Assembly: GCA_002269645.1 (NCBI GenBank)
Contig: NIVC01001727.1
Span: forward strand, 12,383 to 76,382
Reading direction: 5' to 3'
From: Macrostomum lignano
Taxonomy: Eukaryota
Length of the DNA stretch: 64,000 bases
A program made the position numbers and the translations under genes. The notes under the pieces are model-generated. The model made no database searches, was not told the origin of the DNA, and worked only from the letters and a program-made list of their open reading frames with translations. Below are positions 1 to 13,810 of this stretch, piece by piece. Each line of letters begins with the position of its first letter. Positions within the stretch are counted from its first letter, which is position 1.

Positions 1-289
1 TGAAAATTAATATTACCTACAATAATAAAAACCAAATTAAAAGCCTATAGGTGCCTCAACAAAAGTTCTTTAAACTTGCAATTTATTTACCTACCTCTTA
101 TACACTATTATCATTTTATTCATAATCAGTGCTATAAGGCAAAGTAACTTGTATAAAATTATTAGAAATATTTATAAATATAGAATTGAAGTGAGAGGAA
201 AGAGAATAAAGAAGAGAAAAGAAGGAAAAAAATAAAAGATAAGAAGGGAGGGAATGGGTAGGCAGAACAAAGTCAAAAACATACATGCA

Positions 290-441
290 CAACTTTAGGA
301 ATCACCCAGTGGTTTTTATTGGCAACACACACACATGTAAGTCGCTATTGGCTAAGAGCAGTCATGTGACTACTATTTTATCCAATAGTGACATCATGTG
401 TGTGTTGCCAATAGAAATGACCCTGGTGAATCCCAAGGTTG
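290..441. repeat. Foldback palindrome (MITE-like hairpin, about 150 bp)
   Basis: Left arm caactttaggaatcacccagtggtttttattggcaacacacacacatg...gtcgctattgg is the reverse complement, with mismatches, of right arm ccaatagtgac...catgtgtgtgttgccaatagaaatgaccctggtgaatcccaaggttg. The centre agtcatgtgact is itself palindromic. Confidence 0.75.
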
Positions 442-1306
442 CACCCAAGCACAAGCATGGTCAAAAAGGCAATCAAATTGATAGGCATTAAGTGCCATAG
501 ATACATTCTATACTAGGCCTTATCTATAGAATACTGTTCATATTTGCATTTTTACTCTATCTATGACATTCTTAGTAAATGTTGTTAGTTAATGGTATAT
601 GGCAACCATAAAAAAAGTTATCGTGATTTTTGAAAAATTGATATAGGATCTACAGATAATATGAGAAATTTTTTTTATGATAGAACTCTAATTAAAATGT
701 CTTTTAGACATTTTTTAAAAAATTATATTCTACTTTAAATACTAATAATATATTTGTTTTTTTGAATTATAAAAATTGCTAAAACATGTTATATATAGAA
801 AAATTATAAATTATTGATCATAGGTCAATAAGTTATAATTATTATTGATTTTGATATTTGCAATTGTATAGGCCTCTTATACTTACAATTACAAAGATAG
901 GCTTATTTATCATAAATCAAGATAACAATATAAAAGTAATTTAAAACTAGGCCTATATTTTATTAAATTTAAAAGCTATATTTTACCCCACACTTAAATA
1001 CACAACTGCCATGTCTATAATGTTAGAGCTTATAAATAAACATGGCAAGTGATAGCCATGTCTATAATAGGATATATCTTAAACTAAAGATAAAGCAGCC
1101 TATATAGTATTAATATCCATGTTGTTATTATTGACTTAACACTTAGAGACAAAGAAAAAACTTAGACAAAAAGGTGGCAATGTTCCCAATATAGAATCTA
1201 TTTAATACTAGAGATTATGGCTATTTCTTTGTTACCAAAATATAAAGCCATGGTACATTGTATGCTTAATATTATAAACATGTAGATATATCTATAAGCT
1301 CCAAAA

Positions 1307-1485
1307 CCCTACTTCCAAATCTTACATATATGCCAAAAAATTCTAGCCATATACTAGCACAGTGGAGCATAAATTTATTATGATATAGTTGTTATAATAT
1401 GCTAGGTATTATATGACAAGCATATTTTCAAGTCATTTATACAAAGGAATTTTCTAGCATATATATATAAGATTTAGGAGTGGGG
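1307..1485. repeat. Degenerate inverted repeat (old foldback element)
   Basis: ccctacttccaaatcttacatatatgccaaaaaattct (from 1307) versus ggaattttctagcatatatatataagatttaggagtgggg (1446-1485), whose reverse complement is ccccactcctaaatcttatatatatatgctagaaaattcc. Confidence 0.55.
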
Positions 1486-2119
1486 CTCCAACATGATAGA
1501 CATAACAGTATAATATATTTAGTTTTTATAGTTGGGTCAAATAATTTTAATCTATACTCATTTCAACCATAATGCAATGCAATGCAATGGCTAGGTATCT
1601 ACCTGCACTGACAACAATATTTCTAAATCAGTGATCTTTAAAAGCTAACCAAATTATGTCATTTATATTTTTATGTTAAAGGCTAGTTGGAATGAAATCA
1701 ATTGATAGAGTTTTTGAAGCTCACCTTAGCAAATTCATATGTGGAGGTATTTTCTAAGGAACCAATTTGGAAACATCCTAAATGGCTATATTGGACACAA
1801 TATTATTATTAATGCTAAAGACTGTTTTGTGAACTTTGTGACATTTGATAATAAAATGTCAAAATGTTTGATAATAAACCGATTTGGTGGCCAACCAAGG
1901 AAGTTGCAAAAATGCCCACCCAAAAGAATACCCCAAGTAGTAGTACTAAGTAGCTGACGAGGCATTCTTGCTTAGTAAGACAGTTATAGTTACTCTTGCT
2001 GTTTACCCAAAGTTGCAATTATTTTGCTTTAAGGTTTTTTTACATGTAAGTTGCATTTTTGGCCAAAAACTACGTTGCATTTTTGTTAAAACTAAGTTGT
2101 ACAGCCAACTGAATTTTCA

Positions 2120-4262
2120 AGGTTGCGCATGTATGTGATTGGAAAATGATGCTATGTAGTCTTGCGGGATCTCTGCAGTCCAACCAAGCCAATAGATCTG
2201 CAATATAGCGCCCTCACCAAGCACCTTCAAAAGTATTTCAAACCAAAAAAGCCAGTAATTGCTAAATAGTTCAAGTTCTACAAGCAAACACAAAAGGACA
2301 AAGAGACAGCTGCTCAATTTCTGGCTGCACTGTGGAATCTGGCTGATTTGTGCAAGTTTGGAGGGTTTCAAGAAGAAGCTCTCCGAGACTGTTTCATCTG
2401 CAGTCTTTGGGACTAGTGGACCTAGCAACAACTCTGATAGAGGAGAATCTCACATTGGATGCAGCCAAGAAAATTGCCCTTGCTATAGAGATTGCAAAGT
2501 TGGAAACTGAGCAATGGAAATTGAGCTCAAAGGTCAGCTCAGTCTAGCAGGTAGCACTAGACTCAAAGGCATACTATAGGTGTGGATTCAAAGGCCACCT
2601 GTTGATAGCCTACCACTTCAGGACTATAAAGTGCCACAACTGCGGGAAAGTTGGACACCTATAGAAAGTTTGTTGCTCAGCCAAGAAAGCCTCCAATATA
2701 ATGAAAGCTGGATAGCCAAAGAACGGACCAGCACATGCAATGCAAATGGAAGAGAAAGCAGAAACAGGCTGGATTTTGCAAGTCACTGTATTGGCCAAGA
2801 AGATCAGTGTAAGCCTACAGGTCAATGACCAGTCCCTCACCATGCAGCTAGACACTAGTGCCTGCATCAGCCTTGTACCAGAGTTGGTATGGAAGCAGCT
2901 CAGCCGACCTCCACTGATACCAACATGCCTGTGACTCTGGGCCTAGACAGGTGAGCCAATACAAGTCAAGAAAATAGCCAAGGTCATTCTAAACTATAAC
3001 AGAAGACAGCATGATAAGCTGCTGCTAATGGTCACCAATCAGACCAGAGCCTACTTATTGCTAGGATGCAATTGGCTAGAAAAAGTGCAGCTCAACTGGA
3101 CTTAGTTGTTTGCCAACCAGATCAGCTAGGCGTTGGTGCAGAATAGCAAGTCTCTTGACCAGATGCTAGAGAAGTTTGCTAATGTTTTCAATGAGAGCCT
3201 GGGGCAGTTGAAGGATCAGACAGTTGTACTGAGACTCAAAAGTGATGCATAGCCTTGATTCTACAAGGCCAGACCCGTACCATTCGCAGTGCGGGACAAG
3301 CTGGAGCTTGAGCTCTAGGACATGCTCAATAAAGGCATTATCTGCCCAGTGACCTATAGCGAATGGGCTACACTAGTGGTTCTGGTACTCAAGGCAGATG
3401 GCTTAGTTCGACTATGAGGCAACTATAAACTGACATTGAACCCTCAGCTCCACATTGACCAATACCCGCTGCCAATGCCTAAAGAGCTTTAGGAGCAGAT
3501 GGGACAGGGTCAGCTGTTCTAAAAACTCAATCTATCACAATGTAATCTTCAGTTTCCACTTGACAAAGAGAGCTATAAGCTAATGACTATCAACATGTAT
3601 AAAGGGCTTTTTGAATATTTCCAGTTGCCATTTGGTGTCAGTTCAGTTCAGTTTGGATCATTAGTTGTTGATGACAATTTTTGGACCAAAGGTTAACATC
3701 TCCCTAACTGCAGCAGGGGGACTTCAGAGAAAGGCACTGTTACTATTAGGGTACAGCTACAGCATCTGGCTCCACAAGACTGCTCAGCATAGCAATGCAG
3801 ATGGCCTGTCTTGCTTGCCCCTGCAGATGAAGGATGATAGCCTAGACAATGACAATCGGGTCTGTCAGCTAATGGGCAAGTTCCCTTTGATGGTAACAGA
3901 TGTAGCGACAGCAACAAAGCGAGATGACAAGCTCCAATATGTTTTCCAGATAATAATGACTGGCTGGCCAGAGTCAGTTCCACCACAGCTCAAGCCCTAC
4001 TTTTGTTGTTGACTAGAACTAAGCATAGAAGATGGCTGTATGATCTGGGGAACTCGCATATTGGTTTTAGAAGCATTGCGACCTAGAGTTCTGCATGAGT
4101 TACATGTGGAACATTTCGGTAAGGCCTAGATGAAAAGTGTTGCCAGAACCTTTGTCTGGTGGCCAGGAATGAATGCTGTCATTAAGTTGGTTGCCAGTAG
4201 CTGCCAATACTACCAATCTGTTAAGCTAAATCCAATGCTAGCTCCACTGCACTCGCCACCCG
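2120..4262 (+). mobile_element. Decayed Ty3/Gypsy LTR retrotransposon (Mag-like): gag, protease, partial RT, RNase H end and integrase zinc-binding remnants; internally deleted, many stops
   Basis: Manual translation gives Gag YVVLRDLCSPTKP...KYFKPKKPVIAK*FKFYKQTQKDKETAAQFLAALWNLADLCKFGG, protease MQLDTSACISLV (DTG motif mutated), RT [65 protein letters not shown], RNase H end LLLLGYSYSI..AQHSNADGLSCLP, and integrase ELHVEHFGKA*MKSVARTFVWWPGM. The RT is deleted after about 3655 and no LTRs were found. Confidence 0.92.
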
Positions 4263-5997
4263 TGGGTAAAGCTGCAAAAACTATAAACCAATTCTAGGCG
4301 ACGCCCTCCCTTCACTTTTGTCTCACAATCCCCCCAGTTAAATGGACATATGTTTTATATTGTAGGGTGATTGTAAGACAAAATTGAGCTCAGTTTCATC
4401 TTGCAATCACCTACATAATTTCACCATTTAAATGATTATATGATGAAAGTGAATGTAAGCTATGCATTTCTATAAGATGCAAGATTTGATACTACAATAA
4501 AAATATGCTTATAAGTGGTCCTATTTTAAAGTTTGATTTTAAGAGCAGTTTTAACTATGGGGGTCTTCTATGGGGATTATATAACAAAAGTCCTGACTCC
4601 CATAGGCATAGGGATAGTGCTATGTGATTGTAAAATGAAAGAATGCCCTATAGCCTTTAAGCCTTATTTTAAAATATATCAAAATATTACTATGAGTATC
4701 ATGTAGGTCTATTTCAATAAAAATGATTTACCATAAAAAACTGAATTTATACTAATAATATGGCTATTGATAGCATTGTGCCAATCCGCAATCCCCAATG
4801 CATATATATAGTCAAAACAACAAGAAAACTTACAGCGTTGCATATGTGAGTCATTTAATCTTTTTATTTTAGAACTTTCTGATGATATGAACAACGTAAA
4901 CTGTTGAACTGCTAGGTGTACTAGGCTTAATTGTTAATTGTATTGTAACAACAATGTCAATGTTGGCCTTATTTTTTAATGTTAGTAATGAGAAATAAAA
5001 AGCCTCTATTCTCTTTGGATGGGTTTACCTAAAACAAGGGCTGCGAAATAATATTTCGACTACGAAAAACTTATAATAGCCTAGCACCAAACAAACGTGC
5101 TGAACCTTATTTCCAGTCTATTATCTATGTGACAGTGTAAAGATAGTGACGCACGTACTTCTTTTAAGTCAGATGACTGACTTGACTTACGTTAGTTTCA
5201 AATATATTATGCTAAAATTAAAAGCAACTTTACAAAAATATTTTTAAAAAAGTTAAAAACCTAATCGTTCGTATCACAAAACGCTTTTTACTAAATTTGT
5301 TTAATTTTGTTTAATTTTATAAACTGCGTTTATTGTGGGTTAATTTTAATTTGTAGAAAAAAATGAACCGCTTTTCAGTTGTTTATTCATTTACTGTCTT
5401 TTAATTCCCTATTTAAATCGTCGTTATTCGTAAAGTTCTTTCGAAGTTTTGTTTATGTTCGTTTTTCACGCTTTGATATATCACGCGCTTTCAAAAATAC
5501 TACATCTTTTTTACAAACTCGCTTACCAAAGTAATCTCGCAATTAAAGATATACCTCGTAATTTGTACTCATTTTTGTATTAATATTTATACTCGTTATT
5601 AGTTGTTAGTCGTCACTTTTCGTCCAAAAATACCGTAAAAATTCTGGCGCGCTTTCAAATACTTTATCTTCTACAATAACTCGGCAAATCGTCTTTATAA
5701 ACTTCTATTTCGAAAATTTTTCCAAATACATAGCTCTATAATATATTGGCCAAACAGGCTAATTGCCTGAGCCAAATTCTCTTACTACTACTACCTGCGT
5801 GCGGCGCGCGCTATCCTTTCAAAAAGGTCTAATTCGTACAGTTCTGGTTCCTTGCCTTGGACCCTTACTCTTGGCTTAACTTTTAGTTAGCGGCCTTGTT
5901 TGTATTAGGCCTGTAGCTGTAGATTTTGTTCTATACTGACTAGTTATATGCCTAACTGTATAACATGTTTAGAACTTAAATGTTTACTTCTTATTGG

Positions 5998-6496
5998 CAC
6001 CTGGTAAAATGTGGAATCTGGAATGGTAAAATGCAGAATTACTGCAGATTCCACTAACTGTTATTAAAATGGAAATGCAGGGTAGTTGAAGTCAATTAGT
6101 CAACTATGAACTATATTAATCTTTTAATAATAAAGCCTTCAAAATTTGACCAACTAGGCCTACAGAGAAAATTATGCCTATGGTAGGCCTAGGGCCTAAT
6201 ATTTTCAACATCTATCAGCCATATTAGGCCTATTTACGAGAGAACCTATATTTACTACTCTGAGTAGGCCTAATAGATGCTGCTATTTCTAGTTTAGTTT
6301 GCCCCAATATAGAATCATACTAATATTTCTTTATATAGGGCCTATCTTTTTTATATTACATGGTTACATTGCTATCCAAAAATTGTAGGACTAGCTTATA
6401 TATTTTTTACTTCAAGTAAGGTCTAGTGGATTCTGCAGTTCATTCCACAATTTACCTTACCATCATTAGCATTGTAGATTTTGCATTTTACCAGTG
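5998..6496. mobile_element. Non-autonomous TIR element with CAC...GTG termini (Chapaev/CMC-like MITE, tentative)
   Basis: Left end cacctggtaaaatgtggaatct; right end reverse complement cactggtaaaatgcaaaatct; inner inverted pair ctgcagattccacta / tagtggattctgcag; flanked by ttgg on both sides (5994-5997 and 6497-6500), a possible 4-bp TSD. Confidence 0.5.
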
Positions 6497-6645
6497 TTGG
6501 GCACTTCCATTACCGAGTAACTTGCAAATGGTAACGCAAGTTACTTTTTCGTAAAGCATTCCTTACGCAAGTTACTTTTTTATTTTAGTAACGGAGTAAC
6601 GGTAAGTTACTCAAATTTTGGAAGTCCGTTACAGTTACTTTGCAA

Positions 6646-7348
6646 GGTAAGGGGTAAAACACTACCCGAGGGGTGGGGTGGCGGGCTACCCGATGATTTT
6701 AGGTGTCTACCCGCTTCAAATTGTCCAGAAAATGCGCCTAACTTATGCAGCTTCTAGTGTGGATTTTTTTAGGTGAAAACTGAAAGATTATGATGAAATT
6801 CACGTTTATTTTTGTTGGTAGTGTTTTACTCCAAAAAGCTACCCAAAACTACCCGACCCCTACCCACGTCATTGAGAATTGAAAATCAATAGCTAAGCTT
6901 ACTTTTATATCTTCTGCCATAATGTATAATATCAAGTGGTTTTAACGTGTATGAGCAAAGTTAGGGTAATGGGTAATTTGTTTTACTGTATTTTACTTTC
7001 GAATTTTTTAATAGGCATTTTCGTTTACGTTTGACTTAGTTATTGTGTAGCCCGTTAAGCTAGCGTAAGGTGCAAACTAATATTAAAGCATCGTTGTTTA
7101 GTTGATGCATAGTATAGAAAATGAATTACCTCTAATAGAGGCTCGGTATATTTTTGCCTCAATTCAAAGTGAATTTCACTGTAGAAGTTTTTTATGGTTA
7201 ACATTAAATAAATTTAATGTTTAAATTAATTAAATAATTATTTTCAATTACTCAATACTCAAATACTCAAATACTCAATTAAATACTTAAATTAAAATCA
7301 TCGGGTAGCCTGTTACCCCATTTTTCGGGTAGTGTTTTACCCTTTACC
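6646..7348. mobile_element. Mutator (MULE)-type MITE
   Basis: TIRs GGTAAGGGGTAAAACACTACCCGA (left) and GGTAAAGGGTAAAACACTACCCGA (right, reverse complement), plus inner pair ggctacccgatgatttta / taaaatcatcgggtagcc. Perfect 9-bp TSD ACTTTGCAA at 6637-6645 and 7349-7357. Confidence 0.88.
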
Positions 7349-7751
7349 ACTTTGCAACAATTGCAATATCTCTAAATATAAAAATCAAAACTCTGTGTGT
7401 GTGTGTGTCTGTCTGTGTGTGGACAATTTTGATCGCTATGGACTCCCAAACCACTCAACCAAATGACACCAAATTTTACACCCACCCTAAACTCACTACG
7501 GAGAATGTCTTAGGCTACCTTTAAATTTCCTAAATTTGAGTCTTCCTACCTCAAAGTGCAAAAAACTGCTCAAAATGCGCGATTTTTTTACTAAAGCCTC
7601 CTTAGCGCCGCTCCACTTCTACCGATCCTCTTCAAATTTGACACAATCAATTTTCAACTATTTTGACACAATCGTGTAAAATTTCGAGTCTCAAAGTTAA
7701 TCCTGAACGGCGCTGTGCACTTTTAAAGTTTGACTGTTTTTTTCAGCGAGA

Positions 7752-9767
7752 CAGCCACCCCAACCTCCGCCCGCCTGCCTCTTTCCCGATCTGGGCAAAG
7801 GGTGTAAATGGGTTTTAAAATGACTAACTTTCGGCTGCCATAGTTTGCTCCACGTGAAGCGATTGACTTCTAACTTAACACAATTCTTCTTTGATTCATT
7901 CTCTGTCTAAATGTAAAGTTTCAACTCTCTAACTCAATCAGAACAGAAACTGTAAGCATGTGAAGTTTGTCTGCTTTTTCTGTTGTTTGTGCCACTCACT
8001 CACTCATTCCCCAGAGCCAGACGAAGGGTCAGGCGATAGGGCTCAATGTACATAGCGAGTGTACAGTGTTTTGGAATAACTTTTTAATAGCCTTCTCTGT
8101 ACCCGCGACTGCGATTAGAAAGGCGTGGAGAGGAGAGACAGTTTAGCGAGAGATTCAAACCACTGTCCTCTGTATAGACAAGTCTGCAGCAGTTTAACTG
8201 TGGATGGCAAATCAAGAGTCAAGACAATGGTGGGATGGTTTGTAAAAATAGCGAAAAATAAATGAATAACAACTGATTACAATGCAATTCTACTAAATCA
8301 GTTAGTTACAGCATGAAGCTTTCAACATTAAAATTCGCATAAGGTAACTTTAAAATTTAAATGGCTCCTAAGAAATGCGTATTTCCCTTGGTTGTTAGAC
8401 TGCTGCAGAGTGCAGACTTTGGTGGTGGAGCTGGAGATACACAAATTTCTCTCAAGGGCTGCTAATTGGCCAGAAAGATGACGTGATTAAAGGATAAGAA
8501 ATGATAACAGCCATGCGAGTACTACGTCCCACAATTCCACTAACTGGCTTTTGAAGCAGGGATTGGCAGATTTTTATCTCAAAGGCCAGATAAAGAATCC
8601 AGCCCATGGCTGTGCCTGCGGGCCAGATGAGAGTGAAAAGGAAAAGGAATAGACTATTAGATAGAAAGAGAGTAGGGGCGAGAGGGGGCGAAGAGAAACG
8701 ATAGAAGATAACGCGAGAGACGAGGGGTTAAGGAGAGCCTGCAGAGAATATGAGCAGGAGAGGCAGCCACCCCAACCTCCGCCTCTCTCTCCCTTATCTG
8801 GCGAGATGTGGAAAAGGTTTTAAAATAGACTAACTTTCGGCTGTCATAAGTTTGCTCCACATGAAGCGATTGAATTCAAACTTGACACAATCCTTCATTG
8901 ACTCATTCTCTATCTAAATGTTAAGTTTCAACTCTGTATCCTAATTAGGACAGAAACTATAAGCATGTGAAGTTTGTCTGCTTTTTCTGTTGTTTGCCGC
9001 TCACCCAACTCATTCCCCCAGACGAAGGATCAGGCGATAGGGCTCAATGTACATAGCGAATGTACAGTGTTTTGGAATAACTTTTTAATAGCCTTCTCTG
9101 CACCCCCGCGAGTGGAGAGGCGTGGAGAGGAGAGAGTTTAGTGAGAGATTCAATTTCAAACCACTGTCCTCTGAATAGACAAGTCTGCAGCAGTTAAACA
9201 AGGATGGCAAATCAAGGCGATGTGGGATGGTTTGTAAAAATAGCGAAAAATTAATGAATAACTGATTACAATGCAATCCTACTAAATTAGTTACACCATC
9301 AAAATTTTAACATTAAGATTCGCATAAGATAACTTTAAAATTTAAATGGCCTCCTAAGAAATGCGTATTTCCTTGGTTGTTAGACTGCTGCAGACTGTGG
9401 TGGTGGAGCTGGAGAATGGAGATACACAAATTCCTCTCAGGGCTGCTAATTGGCCAGAAAGATGACGTGATTAAAGCATGAGAAATTATAACAACCATGA
9501 TAGTACTACGTCCCACGAGGGCCGGATTGCTATTGCGAAGTTTCAAAGGACCCGAGGGCCGGATTGCTATTGCGAAGTTTCAAAGGACCCGAGGGCCGGA
9601 TTGCTATTGCGAAGTTTCAAAGGACCCGAGGGCCGGATTGCTATTGCGAAGTTTCAAAGGTCCCCATGATAGTACTTTCGAAGCAGGGATTGGCAGATTT
9701 TTATCTCAAAGGCCAGATAAAGAATCCAGCTCATGGCTGCGGGCCAGATGAGAGTGAAAAGGAAAAG
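7752..9767 (+). repeat. Diverged tandem duplication of about 1 kb inside Helitron-like element 1
   Basis: Copy A starts cagccaccccaacctccgcc at 7752 and copy B at 8764. Collinear shared blocks (gactaactttcggctg, aagcatgtgaagtttgtctgctttttctgttgttt, caggcgatagggctcaatgtacatagcg, gggattggcagatttttatctcaaaggccagataaagaatccagc) run through gagtgaaaaggaaaag. Confidence 0.9.
9517..9664 (+). repeat. 37-bp tandem repeat, 4 copies
   Basis: Unit gagggccggattgctattgcgaagtttcaaaggaccc at 9517, 9554, 9591 and 9628; present only in duplication copy B. Confidence 0.95.
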
Positions 9768-9769
9768 TG

Positions 9770-10975
<1,206 letters not shown>

Positions 10976-13810
10976 AGACGATAGAAATTTTAAAGGATCC
11001 AAGGGACATAGGAGAGTCAGGGAGAGGCCAGAGTTTGCCAATACATGTTTTAGAGTCAGACAGACATTGCCTGGCATTCTGTGGAGTACCCCAGCAAACA
11101 ATATCAATGTTTGCCTCAAACCCTAATTTTACACAAATGTGCTCCATTTTATGTCTACCTCTATCTTACTAACATTAATTTGTTTGTGTATGGCCTTAGA
11201 TTTCAGAATACATGCAAAAGTAGTTCCGGGGATTGGAATTCCCCGGGTTCAAAATCCGCGGGTTTCAACAGCTTGTTTAAATTTAAAACTGAAATGCTTA
11301 GCTATTACGCCGGTTGTCACATGTTTTTGCATTTTTCATTCCTAAATTCAAAATTAAGTGAATAGTATCATATGGTATTGTGCTTAATTAATGAAGAAAT
11401 ACTTGAAACATGTTTTACTTTGTTAATTTCGGTAAAATATTTTCGCCTTTCATTTTCAAGTTACTAAAAATTTTCAAGTTTGATTCAAACAAACAACCAA
11501 AGAAAGAAATTTGTCTGTAGCCTCCACAAGTCCCTCCACTGGCCACTGCAGTACTTACACCATTTTATACAGTTCTATTTATTTTACTCTATTGAATTAT
11601 TGATATTCGTTTATTTTATCATTTATAATTTTATTTATTGATTGCCATTGCCCATTGGTCCTTCTACTTGCCTCACATCGTGTCGCCAATTCCTGTCTCT
11701 GTCTGTTAATCGGTTAATCCAATGCCCAATGGCAAATTTCAGTAACAACAATGTGAAAAATGTGCAATGTGAAAAAAGCAGAAAATTTTGTTAATAACAT
11801 GGGTAACGGAAGTGAGTAACGGACAGTAACTTAAAAGTTACTGGGTTTTTGTCTAAAGTTACTAGGCTAACGTAAGTTACTTTTTAAAAATCAGTAACTT
11901 GTCGCCAAATTTGTGTGCATCCTATACCATGATGGTCATAAGGAGTCCAAGGATTAGATGCTATGTGCTAAAAAAGATAGGCTTAGCCATATTTTTAATT
12001 TTTGAGTTAGTTTATTGTTGGTCACTTTGTCAACTAGCCAATCAGTACAGTATAAGAAAATCACAATATTGGGTCACTTTGTCAATTAGGCTAGCCATTA
12101 GCCTATTAGGCAATAGAAAAAAGTGCACATTTAATTATTTTTCAACTTAAATGAATGCTAAAGTGTAGGCCTATTTATTGTGATAAAAGACATTTAATAA
12201 CAAAACTATTCAGTTTAGTTAAAATTATTAGGCCCTAGTTTTAGATCATTTGATCAAATCTCTAATCATTGCTTTTAGTGACTAGATGGCTAGACATCTA
12301 CTTGTGCCAACTTTTATCATGGCCCTAGGGCAGTTACATCAGGCCTAAGAGCTTTAATAAGTGTTAAGATTTTTCATTAACATTAATGGACTGCCATTAA
12401 GATTTTTTAAACTAATGGATTAACAAATTTACATTAATAATTTTATAAGTTAATGACAAATTCATTGTTAACCTTATAATGGCAATGTCAATGACCAAAG
12501 TAGAGGTGTCGCAAGATCTTGACAAGACAATATTGGGTCAATGCAGCTTTGTTTGAAATCTTAGCCATCCCTGAGATAAAATAATTAAGATTTTACCTAA
12601 AAAGATCTCGATATTTTCCTTGTCATAAGAAATCTTGACTTTTATGGAAAATTTTGAGACAAGATTTAAGAAATTAAAAAAATTATGGATTGCTAAAAAT
12701 GAAACTTTTGATTAAGAAAATATGTGAAAAGGCAAGTATTTTCTTCAAAACATCAAATACTATAAATACCTATGCTTTTTGTTTGAATATTTCAGCAAGA
12801 CAATTTTTAAATGGATAAATTCTGTGATAGGTATTTCTTGAGAAAGACTTTTTTTGTCTCAAATCTTGTCTCAGTCCAAATCTCAAAATATAATAGCTCT
12901 AGACCAAAGACAAAGAAAGACCAAAAATTTAAGTCTATAAAGAGGTTACAACATTACAAATATATTTGAATTTACCTTAATGCCTAATTAATCTCTTTGT
13001 AGAAATTATAGAAATGGCAGCTATGTCTGATAATGTAAGACCTTATATAGACCTATCTGCCTTATAAGCACACGCATACATGGTACTGTTGCTTTACATT
13101 TTAGCAATAAAAAGATTACCATAATCTCCAATGAAATTGATCAAATTGACTCCATATTAAGGACACAGTCATCTTCCATATACTAAAAATGAAAATCTTG
13201 CTTGTATGCTTGTATGTACGAAATCGATTATCTCCTGAATGGCTTGACCGATTTTCTTTGAACTTGCACTGTTCGATCAGAAATTTTTCTGTGACGGTAT
13301 ATGTGTCTTGGCTAAGAAATTGCTAAATGCTAAAGGAATGAAATATTAGAAAAAACATGCTTTTTTGCAAAGGTCAAGCAAACTTTTTGACTTGAAATGC
13401 ATTGTAAGAATGCTAGAGACAAAACTGACTGGTTGAATTCTGATTCTGAAATAGATTGCATCATAACTAAATTGTAACTCCAACTTGAATTGCGTCACAG
13501 TATTGAAAATGCAGTGTGGAAGCGTAGCACCAGACTTGATTTAGATTGAGTAACCATATTGTTAACTGATACTGACTGACTGAGAAATTGATTATGTCAT
13601 AACTGCTTCGTGTGATTTACTCTATGCTTGGATTTTAAAGTGTTGAATTATATAAGTGCTAAATTTCATGTTATCAAAACGATGAGAGCTAGCCTACAGG
13701 TAAACAGACTGAACTGCCAAATGCAGCGACAATGGTTTGAATTTTCATAGAGTGGAATTTTTGAATTAAAGCTTTTTAATGTCAGGAAAACTAAAAGACT
13801 TTAAAAAAAA

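Noticed and set aside
1880-2120. Possible 5' LTR and primer-binding site (tggtggcc near 1885) for the Gypsy remnant
   Set aside because: No CA end before the motif and no matching second LTR after 4262.
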